Shown here: piece after piece, positions 9,281-18,188 of the stretch
Layout of the letters: every line of letters begins with the position of its first letter
Numbering within the stretch: the stretch's first letter is position 1
Source: Bdellovibrionales bacterium
Lineage (GTDB): Bacteria > Bdellovibrionota > Bdellovibrionia > Bdellovibrionales > CAYMLA01
Assembly (NCBI GenBank): GCA_965217115.1
Contig: OZ244239.1
Span: 928,001 to 992,000, forward strand
Length of the DNA stretch: 64,000 bases
Reading direction: 5' to 3'
Notes under the pieces: model-generated
Seen by the model: only the letters and a program-made list of their open reading frames with translations
Database searches by the model: none
What the model was told of the DNA's origin: nothing
Translations under genes and position numbers: made by a program

Positions 9281-10462
9281 TTAGTGCACTGCCGGAGTAT
9301 CCCTAAAACGCACTCCACCGTTATCTTGTGAATCTTTTTTTGGATGCTTTTTAGCAATCGCCTGTTGCAGCTTTTCCTCACAAGTTCGACTCCTAGCGCC
9401 CATCGTTCCATATGATCTCTTATTAGATTGGAAGTTCTCCAAAGCTCCCTCGCAACAATCAGCAATGGCTGTGAGCCCTACTTTTAAAAAAGGCTTGAAA
9501 TTTTTCTCTGCCAATTTTTTTAACCCACGTTTATCACCTTGATAAAAGCGGCTGCTTTTATAGTCTCTAAAAACAGCTTTTGAGAAATCACTCTCCTGAA
9601 CAGGTTCAGGGCGGTATGGCTCGGTTCTAATAAAAAGTAAACCATTTCTGTACCGTCCCCTAAAACCATCATTTGCAAATATAATCTCTTTTTTATGCCC
9701 ATCAGCCTTACCAATTGATATACTTTTTATTCTTGGGCGATTAAACGCTCCATCTCTGATCTTTAAGGTGTACTTCTTGCCACCCACTGTTATATCAGAA
9801 AATGGTTGATCATCCTTATCCCTGCGACAACTAAATTCCGTTGGATCTAAAGATTGCAACAGCCTTTCATCCATAGGAGTGCTTCCAAGATTCGTATCTG
9901 CCCTTAGAAAATCCAGAACAGTCCAAATTGTGGGAGCAACAATTGCACCAAGCATTGCACCAATACCAACACTAGCTATCAAACCAACAGCATGGGCTTT
10001 AGGCGCTATTAATGATAAAAACACAGACGGTGATTTACTTGGTTTTTGATAGAGTTTGTTTATCGCCGTGTAAAGGGACCGGAAACTCCTATGGGAGGTC
10101 GCATTTAACTCTTTGCCATTAATAAGGAACTTTCCCTCAATGGCTTTTTGAAACCCGACGTTGATCTTCTCGCCACCCACCCTCATCACCAGATCATTGC
10201 CACTCACGGAGAGTTTTATCTTATGGGATTTAGGTGTTTGCTCTATCAGCCCTTGGATGAATTTCCTGTCGTCTTTCAACTTCAATATCTTCTTTAAACC
10301 AACGAACATCTCCCGCGCATGGACGCCATGGATCTGTTCATAGGCTCGACCCATTAACTCTTGATTCACATCACTCAAAGGAGTCCCAAATACGACTGGT
10401 GAAAAAAGCAAGCCCACCATAGATGTAAAAAAAACTGACATCAGTAAAACCATTCTCTTCAT
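9281..10462 (-). CDS. Exported paralog-array protein, copy B
   Basis: ORF 9281..10486; same architecture as the other copies. Confidence 0.9.
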   Translation of the reverse strand: MKRMVLLMSVFFTSMVGLLFSPVVFGTPLSDVNQELMGRAYEQIHGVHAREMFVGLKKILKLKDDRKFIQGLIEQTPKSHKIKLSVSGNDLVMRVGGEKINVGFQKAIEGKFLINGKELNATSHRSFRSLYTAINKLYQKPSKSPSVFLSLIAPKAHAVGLIASVGIGAMLGAIVAPTIWTVLDFLRADTNLGSTPMDERLLQSLDPTEFSCRRDKDDQPFSDITVGGKKYTLKIRDGAFNRPRIKSISIGKADGHKKEIIFANDGFRGRYRNGLLFIRTEPYRPEPVQESDFSKAVFRDYKSSRFYQGDKRGLKKLAEKNFKPFLKVGLTAIADCCEGALENFQSNKRSYGTMGARSRTCEEKLQQAIAKKHPKKDSQDNGGVRFRDTPAVH

Positions 10463-10557
10463 CATAGACCTTCCTTTCAAATTCAATGATTTTTCATGTG
10501 CTGTTCTTAACCAATACTCTTTAAGCAGAGAAATGCTAAATTTTAAACACCTCTCTC

Positions 10558-11727
10558 TTATCGCACTATCTGACTATCCTTACCAGACACTCCACCGTCA
10601 CTCTGTGAATCTTTTTTTGGATGCTTTTTAGCAATTGCCTGTTGCACCTTTTCCTCACAATTTCGCTTATCAGCGCCCATCGTTCCATATGAGATCTTAG
10701 CCTGGAATTTCTGCAAAGCTCCCTCGCAACAATCAGCAATGGCTGTGAGCCCTGCTTTTAAAAAAAGTTTGAAATTCTTCTCTGCCAATGGTCTTACCGT
10801 GTCTGAATCTTTTTCGTAAAAGCGCCTGCTTTTATGGTCTCTAAAAACAGCTTTTGAGAAATCACTCGCTTGAACAGACCCAGGGGTTCCTGTGTCCTCT
10901 CTAAAAATGGTACCATTTTTGTACAGTCCCCTAAAACCATCATTTGCAAATGTCATCGTTTTTTTATCCCCATCATCCTTACCAACTGATATACTTTTTA
11001 TTCTTGGAAAACTAAACGCTCCATCTCTGATCTCTAAGGTGTACTTCTTGCCCCCTACTGTTATATCAGAAAATGATTGCCCCTTCTTCCTGCGACAACC
11101 AAAGTCCGTTGGATTTAAAGACTGCAACAAGCTTTCATCCGCACCAATAGCTCCAAAACCAATACCCATCTTTGTAGATATAAAGTCATTAGAAAACGCA
11201 ACAGCGGTAGCAACTCCTGCTGCTGCTGCTGCTGCTACACCCAACATAACACCAGCATGGGCCTTAGGCACTATTAATGATAAAAACACAGACGGTGATT
11301 TACTTGGTTTTTGATAGAGTTTGTCTATCGCCGTGTAAAGGGACCGGAAACTCCTATGGGAGGTCGCATTTAACTCTTTGCCATTAATAAGGAACTTTCC
11401 CTCAATGGCTTTTTGAAACCCGACGTTGATCTTCTCGCCACCCACCCTCATCACCAGATCATTGCCACTCACGGAGAGTTTTATCTTATGGGATTTAGGT
11501 GTTTGCTCTATCAGCCCTTGGATGAATTTCCTGTCGTCTTTCAACTTCAATATCTTCTTTAAACCAACGAACATCTCCCGCGCATGGACGCCATGGATCT
11601 GTTCATAGGCTCGACCCATTAACTCTTGATTCACATCACTCAAAGGAGTCCCAAACACGACTGGTGAAAAAAGCAAGCTCACCATAGATGTAAAAAAAAC
11701 TGACATCAGTAAAACCATTCTCTTCAT
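10558..11727 (-). CDS. Exported paralog-array protein, copy A (promoter-proximal)
   Basis: ORF 10558..11730; same architecture; (GCA)6 poly-Ala in the variable hydrophobic segment. Confidence 0.9.
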   Translation of the reverse strand: MKRMVLLMSVFFTSMVSLLFSPVVFGTPLSDVNQELMGRAYEQIHGVHAREMFVGLKKILKLKDDRKFIQGLIEQTPKSHKIKLSVSGNDLVMRVGGEKINVGFQKAIEGKFLINGKELNATSHRSFRSLYTAIDKLYQKPSKSPSVFLSLIVPKAHAGVMLGVAAAAAAGVATAVAFSNDFISTKMGIGFGAIGADESLLQSLNPTDFGCRRKKGQSFSDITVGGKKYTLEIRDGAFSFPRIKSISVGKDDGDKKTMTFANDGFRGLYKNGTIFREDTGTPGSVQASDFSKAVFRDHKSRRFYEKDSDTVRPLAEKNFKLFLKAGLTAIADCCEGALQKFQAKISYGTMGADKRNCEEKVQQAIAKKHPKKDSQSDGGVSGKDSQIVR

Positions 11728-11917
11728 CACAGACCTTCCTTTACAAGAACTCTTTAAAATTCACCACTGACATAGTGTATAACACTCCAATCCCGGGTCC
11801 TAGTTCCATTCCTCATTTCCATTTTAATTCTTGGCTTAAGACTGGAAGTGAACTAGACCTTTGTGTTATGTAAATTTCTTAAGATCTCTTGCAAAAAAAA
11901 CCCGAAATCGCCCGATC

Positions 11918-13630
11918 TCAAAGGCTCTTGCCCCCTCGATAACGATACAGAGGCAGGTAATTAGGATAGAGTTTTTCAATTTTCTCAATCCAATATTTTT
12001 TTCGCTTTGAAGTTTTTAACAACCCCATATAAGCAGGGAGAAGGCGACTGTTTATCTTTAAAGCCTCTTGCCAACGACTCTTAGCACATTTTAACTTGTT
12101 TCTCTCAGCACAAATTGATCCTTCTATTAAAAAAGGCAGGGCATATTTCTTGCTTTTTTGGGCAACTCTTCCTGATGAGATTGCCTCTCCATCTTGCCCT
12201 GTTCTTCTCAAGTAAAAGGCTCGAATTGTCTGAACAAAGCCATCCTTTGGAGCCATGAACACAGCCTCGTCAATAAATTTAGTCGCCTCATGCTCCCTCT
12301 GGGATAAAACCAAGCACAAGGAATAAAGAGCTCTCTGTCTACTCTTTCTTAAAAGATTCTCTGAAACAAATTTACATTCATCAAATAAATCAATCCAATC
12401 AATATCACTTTTATAAACTAAGATATCCCTGTAATAATTCTGTGGGCTATCTCCTAAAGCATCTAAAAAGCCCCTTAGAAACCTCCCCTCCTTTTTCGTA
12501 TTTCCCAGTATTGCACTGTAAGCTTTCAACAAAAAAGCGGGCGCTCTATAAGGGTTTAACTGATCAGTCACAATTTTCAATGCCTGATTAGCTCTCAATA
12601 AAATTTTCCCCCGCTCTTTGCCTTGAAGGTTTTTTTTATACTCCTTTAAATACCCCCAACCAGAGATAAAGTAAGATAACAGAGAGGACTCTCCAACCTC
12701 CATCACTTCCTTAGAGGATGTTTTTAAATTTCTCCATTGCTTTTGATGGAAATTTAACATCATTTTATTTAACAGAGCTGAAGTGAAATTTCCGTTAATA
12801 CTTAAAGCCTTCAACAGTTGATTTTCAGCTTGCTCCCAATCATTGCTCTCCATATAGAGAAGGCCCAAAGCCGTGTAAACCTCCACTGCGACTTGCCTCC
12901 CTCTCTTAGATGCAAGCAAGGACTCTAATTCCCTCCGAGCAGCAACTCTCTCTCCCTTCAGAATCATACGCAAAGGAGATAGCTTCACTAAAATCTCTGA
13001 TTGATTGGGGATTAAAACATCTGCTTGAGATAAAAAACTCCACGCACCTTCATAATCACCCACCTGATAAGAATCCCATCCTTTATTTGCCAAGTTTTCA
13101 AAATTATTTATTTTAGATTTAAACACACTGTTTTTGATTAAAAAAAACACTCCTGATATGAGAATAAATGCCACGACTGTGACCCACAGGTATTTTCGAT
13201 AGGATGAGATTTTTTTTTCAACCTCTCTCTCTATATTTGAACCAAAACGCTTTTCTGCTTTTTTACTTTCCCCCTTAATAAGTTCCTCTGGCAATACAAA
13301 CTCAGGATCTGTTTTATCAAAATTACCAACATCCAGAACATCTGTGTCCGTAATTGTATTATTAATACTTACGGTTCTTGTCTTATCATTCAGAGAGAGA
13401 TTTGTTCTCTCTATCGTGCTGTCCATCATCTCTTCTCTTAATTTGGAAAAATGAGGCTCTAAAGAGATTTGACAATATCTTCCGAAGGGCTGACAAATCT
13501 CATCGTCATCGATAAGGTTTCCATTTTGTAAATGCTCTGCAATTTCATTATAACTATAGGGACCAAGTAGCTCACCATTAGAGCGAACAAGCCATTTTTT
13601 TATTTGTTTATCATTCTTCTTTAAAGACAC
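11918..13630 (-). CDS. Membrane-anchored TPR protein with N-terminal GYF_2-like domain
   Basis: KWLVRSNGELLGPYSYNEI (GYF_2-like), one TM helix (YLWVTVVAFILISGVFFLI), TPR-like repeats (VYTALGLLYMESNDWEQAENQLLKALSING). Confidence 0.75.
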   Translation of the reverse strand: MSLKKNDKQIKKWLVRSNGELLGPYSYNEIAEHLQNGNLIDDDEICQPFGRYCQISLEPHFSKLREEMMDSTIERTNLSLNDKTRTVSINNTITDTDVLDVGNFDKTDPEFVLPEELIKGESKKAEKRFGSNIEREVEKKISSYRKYLWVTVVAFILISGVFFLIKNSVFKSKINNFENLANKGWDSYQVGDYEGAWSFLSQADVLIPNQSEILVKLSPLRMILKGERVAARRELESLLASKRGRQVAVEVYTALGLLYMESNDWEQAENQLLKALSINGNFTSALLNKMMLNFHQKQWRNLKTSSKEVMEVGESSLLSYFISGWGYLKEYKKNLQGKERGKILLRANQALKIVTDQLNPYRAPAFLLKAYSAILGNTKKEGRFLRGFLDALGDSPQNYYRDILVYKSDIDWIDLFDECKFVSENLLRKSRQRALYSLCLVLSQREHEATKFIDEAVFMAPKDGFVQTIRAFYLRRTGQDGEAISSGRVAQKSKKYALPFLIEGSICAERNKLKCAKSRWQEALKINSRLLPAYMGLLKTSKRKKYWIEKIEKLYPNYLPLYRYRGGKSL

Positions 13631-13639
13631 TCTTTTACC

Positions 13640-15199
13640 TCAATGACGAAAATGTCTTTCCCCTGTCAAAAGAATATTTACTCCCAATTCACTGGCTTTG
13701 AGCAAAACTTCTTTATCCCGGATAGAACCACCTGGTTGAATAATCCAACGAATGCCAGCACGATCTATTTCTTCAATAGAGTCTTCAAAAGGAAAAAATG
13801 CGTCACTGGCCAAAACGGCTTCTTTGCAATCAGGGTGAAACTCTTTCATCCGACTAATTGCTTGTCTAACAGCATCTACTCGATTGACTTGCCCCATACC
13901 TAATCCCAAAGACTGCCCCTGCCCACAAATAGCTATGGCATTGCTCTTTAAATGGGCACACACGTTCCATGCAAATTGTAAATCTGCCTTAATACAAGAA
14001 GAAGGCTCTTCCCCTGACACTGTCCATCCATCATTCCACGGGGACGGCTCATCTTGATTTTGCACTAAAAAACCTCCTGCCACTGTTTTTACTTCAACAG
14101 CATTCATTCCAGGTATTTCTTCCAAATCTAGCATTTGTGGCCACTTTAAAAGACGCAAGTTTTTTTTCTTCTGTAAAATTTTTAAAGACTCTTGAGAAAA
14201 AGAGGGTGCTACCACACACTCTAAAAACAACGAATTTAAAAGTTTCGCAACTTCTTCCGTCACTTCTTCATTCACCGATACAATACCACCAAACACACTC
14301 ATTGGGTCTGCTTTTAGAGACTTATTAACTGCCTCGGTTAAATTCTCTCCAACAGCAACGCCACAAGGATTATTATGCTTTACCGAAACTGCCGCAGCCT
14401 GATCTTTAAAGGAGCGCAGCACCCTTGTCGCCGCTTCCAAATCCAAAATATTATTGTAGGATAACATCTTGCCCTGTAAAATTTCTGATTGATGCAAGCC
14501 ACTCAAGGCTCCTTTGGTTTTGTACCAAGATGCCGATTGATGGGGGTTTTCACCATAGCGTAGGCGAGATTGCAAAGCCCCCCCTAATGAATACTCTAAA
14601 TCTAGTTTATTATTTAATTTTCGTGCGATCATGCTGTCATAGGAAGAAACATGAGCAAAAATTTTCGCTGCTAACTCTTTTCTTTCATCAATGCTTAATT
14701 TATCTCCTGATAAATCTTTCTGTGCAATCCAATCATAATCAGACGGATGACAAACCACTGTAACACGTTCAAAACCTTTAGCTGCGCCCCTTAAAAAACT
14801 CGGTCCACCAATATCAATAAAATCACTCAACTCACGGTCAGCTAAACCTTTCTGCGAAGCCTCTTCAAAGGGGTAAAGATTACCAATCACTAAATCAATA
14901 GGCTGTAGCTGATATTTTTCAAGAGTTTGCAAGTCCTCTGACTTATAACCTCTCGCCAAAATAGACATGTGAATATGGGGATGTAAAGTCTTTACACGAC
15001 CATCCATAACCTCTGGAAACCCCGTATACTCGCTCACATCCATGACCTTTAAACCATTTTCCCTTAAATGTCGTGCTGTTCCGCCTGTAGAAAGTATCTT
15101 TAAACCACGGTGAGCAAAATTATTTAAAAAATCAACAAGCCCCTCTTTGTTAGAAGCACTCACCAGAGCCAGTTTAAACTGTGATAGAGATTCAGACAC
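13640..15199 (-). CDS. purH: Bifunctional AICAR transformylase / IMP cyclohydrolase
   Basis: STGGTA, TGFPEVMDGRVKTLHP, IDIGGP, LRYGENPHQ, KHNNPCG, ASDAFFPF, QPGGSIRD, RHFRH. Confidence 0.98.
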   Translation of the reverse strand: MSESLSQFKLALVSASNKEGLVDFLNNFAHRGLKILSTGGTARHLRENGLKVMDVSEYTGFPEVMDGRVKTLHPHIHMSILARGYKSEDLQTLEKYQLQPIDLVIGNLYPFEEASQKGLADRELSDFIDIGGPSFLRGAAKGFERVTVVCHPSDYDWIAQKDLSGDKLSIDERKELAAKIFAHVSSYDSMIARKLNNKLDLEYSLGGALQSRLRYGENPHQSASWYKTKGALSGLHQSEILQGKMLSYNNILDLEAATRVLRSFKDQAAAVSVKHNNPCGVAVGENLTEAVNKSLKADPMSVFGGIVSVNEEVTEEVAKLLNSLFLECVVAPSFSQESLKILQKKKNLRLLKWPQMLDLEEIPGMNAVEVKTVAGGFLVQNQDEPSPWNDGWTVSGEEPSSCIKADLQFAWNVCAHLKSNAIAICGQGQSLGLGMGQVNRVDAVRQAISRMKEFHPDCKEAVLASDAFFPFEDSIEEIDRAGIRWIIQPGGSIRDKEVLLKASELGVNILLTGERHFRH

Positions 15200-16581
15200 T
15201 AAAAAGAAGCTCCTGTAGCCAATAGTTTTAAATCATCATTGGTAAGAAATAATCCAATTCCAAAATAGTCAGATTTTTTTTTGCCCAAGACATCATCTAC
15301 ACCACCGTGAATGTAAATACCTTTGTAAATATCCATCTTTGCACTTAAGCGTAAGTTCAAATAAGAAAAATCTAACGCCTCCATAGAAAATTTAAATTTC
15401 TGACGAAACATATGATAATCAATCCCAAACCCACCTGTATTTTCTATAAGCCCACCCTTTACAGTGAAGTCATAAAAGTTTTTCGCAAATAACGCAGTCA
15501 ATTTCACCTTATTTCTAAATGTTACTGTTTCAATGGTGCTCACTGAATCACCGGGAATCGTCTCCGTATCTTTTTCCGTAACCTCCCTAACTCCAGTAGG
15601 ATCATCAACGACTCCAAGATAATAATAACGATCCAGACCAGGCTGAATCTTTACACCTAACGTTGATTTAGATATATTGGAAACAGGATAATGGTTTGTA
15701 TAAAAATCAATACTCGTTTGCAAACGATAGCCCGATCCTAAAAGGTTATTCACTCCTTCAATGGCTTCATTCAGCTCATCCACCGTCTGACTATCGTTCA
15801 CCAAGCGCCCTAAAGTCCCCTCTCCCGAATTAATTTTATCTGTGATCTCTGCCGTATTCTGTAACGTGCGATCAATACGAGATAGACTCTCCACGGCTTT
15901 ACTCCATGCTGCTTTAAAACCATTATCACTTTCATTATTAATGAAACCATCTAGAGTTTTAGAAACACGCTTAAACTCTTTGACCATGCTTCGAACATCT
16001 TTTTTATTATCCGAAGCCATTTCAGATATATCAGTTGTCAAGTTTTCTAAATTTCTCATCACGCGTCCAAAGGAGTCACCGGTGTTTCCATCTCCTTTCA
16101 AAGCATTGCGCATCGTATTGGCAACATCACCCACGACTTTAGATATTCTACCCATCTGTGTTAATAACGCCTGAATAGACCCTCTGTCTTCCACATAGAA
16201 AATCTGTCCCCCTTCCTCTAGAACAAGGTCATTCTCGTCCCCCGCTACCACCTCGATATGCTTATCTCCTAAGATACCATTGGCTCTAATTTCAATGCGT
16301 GCGCTATTAGTCAACGGAACGTCTGCATCAAGCACCATATCCACTCGTGCCAAGCCATTTTGTAAACGAATATCCTTAATTATACCAATGTTAATTCCAG
16401 CCATCTTAACACCACTGTTTTTCACTAAACCACTGGCATCACTCACAACAAACCAAGCCTTTCGAGAACCCCCTAAATAATTAGACTTTTCACTCACTTG
16501 CATGGACATAAAAGCAACAAGGCCTGCCACCACTGCCACCAAAAGACCTACTTTAAATTCCACTGCACCAAGAACACTCAT
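15199..16581 (-). CDS. mlaD: MCE/MlaD family lipid-transport protein (long form)
   Basis: N-terminal TM, DASGLVKNSGVKMAGINIG, GILGDKHIE, helical region with SGEGTLGRLVND; follows mlaE/mlaF. Confidence 0.9.
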   Translation of the reverse strand: MSVLGAVEFKVGLLVAVVAGLVAFMSMQVSEKSNYLGGSRKAWFVVSDASGLVKNSGVKMAGINIGIIKDIRLQNGLARVDMVLDADVPLTNSARIEIRANGILGDKHIEVVAGDENDLVLEEGGQIFYVEDRGSIQALLTQMGRISKVVGDVANTMRNALKGDGNTGDSFGRVMRNLENLTTDISEMASDNKKDVRSMVKEFKRVSKTLDGFINNESDNGFKAAWSKAVESLSRIDRTLQNTAEITDKINSGEGTLGRLVNDSQTVDELNEAIEGVNNLLGSGYRLQTSIDFYTNHYPVSNISKSTLGVKIQPGLDRYYYLGVVDDPTGVREVTEKDTETIPGDSVSTIETVTFRNKVKLTALFAKNFYDFTVKGGLIENTGGFGIDYHMFRQKFKFSMEALDFSYLNLRLSAKMDIYKGIYIHGGVDDVLGKKKSDYFGIGLFLTNDDLKLLATGASF

Positions 16582-16588
16582 TATTATC

Positions 16589-17350
16589 TCAAACCTTTTG
16601 CCTTAAACCTTTTTCTATAAAACTCTTCACTAGAGGAATCTCAGATTTTAAAAAATCCTCTGATGTTCCTGCAAACAAAACTTTCCCCCCATCAAGCATG
16701 GCAACACTGTCACTTATTCGAAAAGCCGCATACATATCATGGGTTACTACAATTGATGTTATCCCCTCTCGATGATTATGTGTACTTAGAATTAAATTAT
16801 CAACCATCTCTGCCCGTATAGGGTCTAGTCCAGTTGTGGGCTCATCATAAACTAAAATATCTGGGTCCAAGGCTAAAGCCCTGGCCAAGCCCACGCGTTT
16901 ACGCATTCCTCCACTCAACTCTGAAGGCATCTTGCCATAATGCTTTTCTTCCATTTCCACTAATTTTAATTTCTGCAAAGCGATTTCATTCACCTCTTTA
17001 GGTTTTAAATCACGACGATGTTCAAATAAAGGAAAGCAAACATTACCAAGAACTGTCTCATCATCAAAGAGAGCTGCATGCTGAAACAACATTCCAAAAT
17101 TACAACGAAACCGAGTGAGCGCTCTTTGAGACATTACCGATAAATCACAGCCCAAAACTTCAATCGCTCCCCTCGTCGGAGCTAAAAGACCTAAAATATG
17201 CCGCAAAAGAACACTCTTACCCGCTCCACTATAGCCTATAATAGAAGTGATTTTTCCTCTTGGGATTTCAAAGTTCATTCCATCAATGATGTAATCTTCT
17301 CCATCATTGAATGTTTTATACAGGTTTTTAACTGAAACTGCCGTTTTCAC
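16589..17350 (-). CDS. mlaF: Mla-type ABC transporter ATP-binding protein
   Basis: GYSGAGKS, LFQHAALFD, PSELSGGMRKRVGLARALALDP, YDEPTTGLDP. Confidence 0.95.
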   Translation of the reverse strand: MKTAVSVKNLYKTFNDGEDYIIDGMNFEIPRGKITSIIGYSGAGKSVLLRHILGLLAPTRGAIEVLGCDLSVMSQRALTRFRCNFGMLFQHAALFDDETVLGNVCFPLFEHRRDLKPKEVNEIALQKLKLVEMEEKHYGKMPSELSGGMRKRVGLARALALDPDILVYDEPTTGLDPIRAEMVDNLILSTHNHREGITSIVVTHDMYAAFRISDSVAMLDGGKVLFAGTSEDFLKSEIPLVKSFIEKGLRQKV

Positions 17351-18147
17351 TACAAAACCCCTATAAAAGAGTAATAAATACGAATCAAATTAGTTAAAAA
17401 ATAATCAAGAACAATGATCAGAACCATGCTCGTCACCACACCTCGGTTCGTCGATTCACCAACTCCCTTCGCTCCACCCGTCGTAAAAAAGCCTCGATAC
17501 ACACAAATCGTTGAAAAAACAAAACCAAACACAGATGCCTTTAAAAGGCCCTCAGCAATATGGTGAGGTTCCAGATTTTTACGAATTTTATCCCAAAAAA
17601 TAGCCTCATCCAACTTGAGCAAATTCACACATAGAAAATAAGCTCCCAATATAGCTACAAAATCAAAAATAGCGCAAAGTACTGGCATTGAAATAATCGC
17701 TGCATAAATTCTCGGCACTACGAGATATTGCTTAGAATTAATTCCCATAACTTCGAGGGCATCAATCTGCTCACTCACCCGCATTGTACCTAGCTGAGCA
17801 GCCATTGCTCCTCCTGCCCTCGCCGAGACAATAAGACCTGCTAAAACAGGGCCCAATTCCCTCGTAATACCGAAAGCCACAGTGGAGCCCACCAAGTTAA
17901 CAGCATTGACTATCTTAAAACCTAAAAATACCTGAAAAGCCAATGCCAATCCCGTAAATAAACCTGTCAATACGATAATGAGTACCGATCTATTACCAAT
18001 AAAGTAAATATGCTGAATCAACTCAGGAATACGATAGGGTCGAGTGAAGCTCAGACAAATGGACTCTGAAAAGAAGACAGCTATTCGTCCCATTTCTAAA
18101 ATAAGCTGATAAAATAACTGAAATATGCTGTTCAATAAATTCTTCAC
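17350..18147 (-). CDS. mlaE: Mla-type ABC transporter permease
   Basis: RELGPVLAGL, AQLGTMRVSEQIDALEVMG, GGAKGVGESTNRGVV. Confidence 0.95.
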   Translation of the reverse strand: MKNLLNSIFQLFYQLILEMGRIAVFFSESICLSFTRPYRIPELIQHIYFIGNRSVLIIVLTGLFTGLALAFQVFLGFKIVNAVNLVGSTVAFGITRELGPVLAGLIVSARAGGAMAAQLGTMRVSEQIDALEVMGINSKQYLVVPRIYAAIISMPVLCAIFDFVAILGAYFLCVNLLKLDEAIFWDKIRKNLEPHHIAEGLLKASVFGFVFSTICVYRGFFTTGGAKGVGESTNRGVVTSMVLIIVLDYFLTNLIRIYYSFIGVL

Positions 18148-18188
18148 GTTGCTCGATCCACTTCATCAATTTTTTTAAAGAACTGATT

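Larger units (their letters stand above)
6851..11741 (-). repeat. Tandem array of four ~1.2-kb paralogous gene units
   Basis: The same blocks recur with periods of about 1218, 1226 and 1265 bp. About 500 bp at each 5' end is near-identical, e.g. aacatctcccgcgcatggacgccatggatctgttcataggctcgacccattaactcttgattcacatcactcaaaggagtccc. Confidence 0.97.

Noticed and set aside
7195..11608. Repeated small plus-strand ORFs (MIFSPPTLITRSLP..., about 60 aa) as possible immunity or antitoxin genes
   Set aside because: They lie antisense within the array genes and recur only because the DNA is duplicated; there is no independent coding signal.
6858..11730. Diversity-generating retroelement, CRISPR or invertase shufflon as the source of variation
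   Set aside because: No reverse transcriptase, recombinase or cas gene is in the window. Differences are block-wise with indels rather than adenine-specific, and all units are direct, full-length genes.
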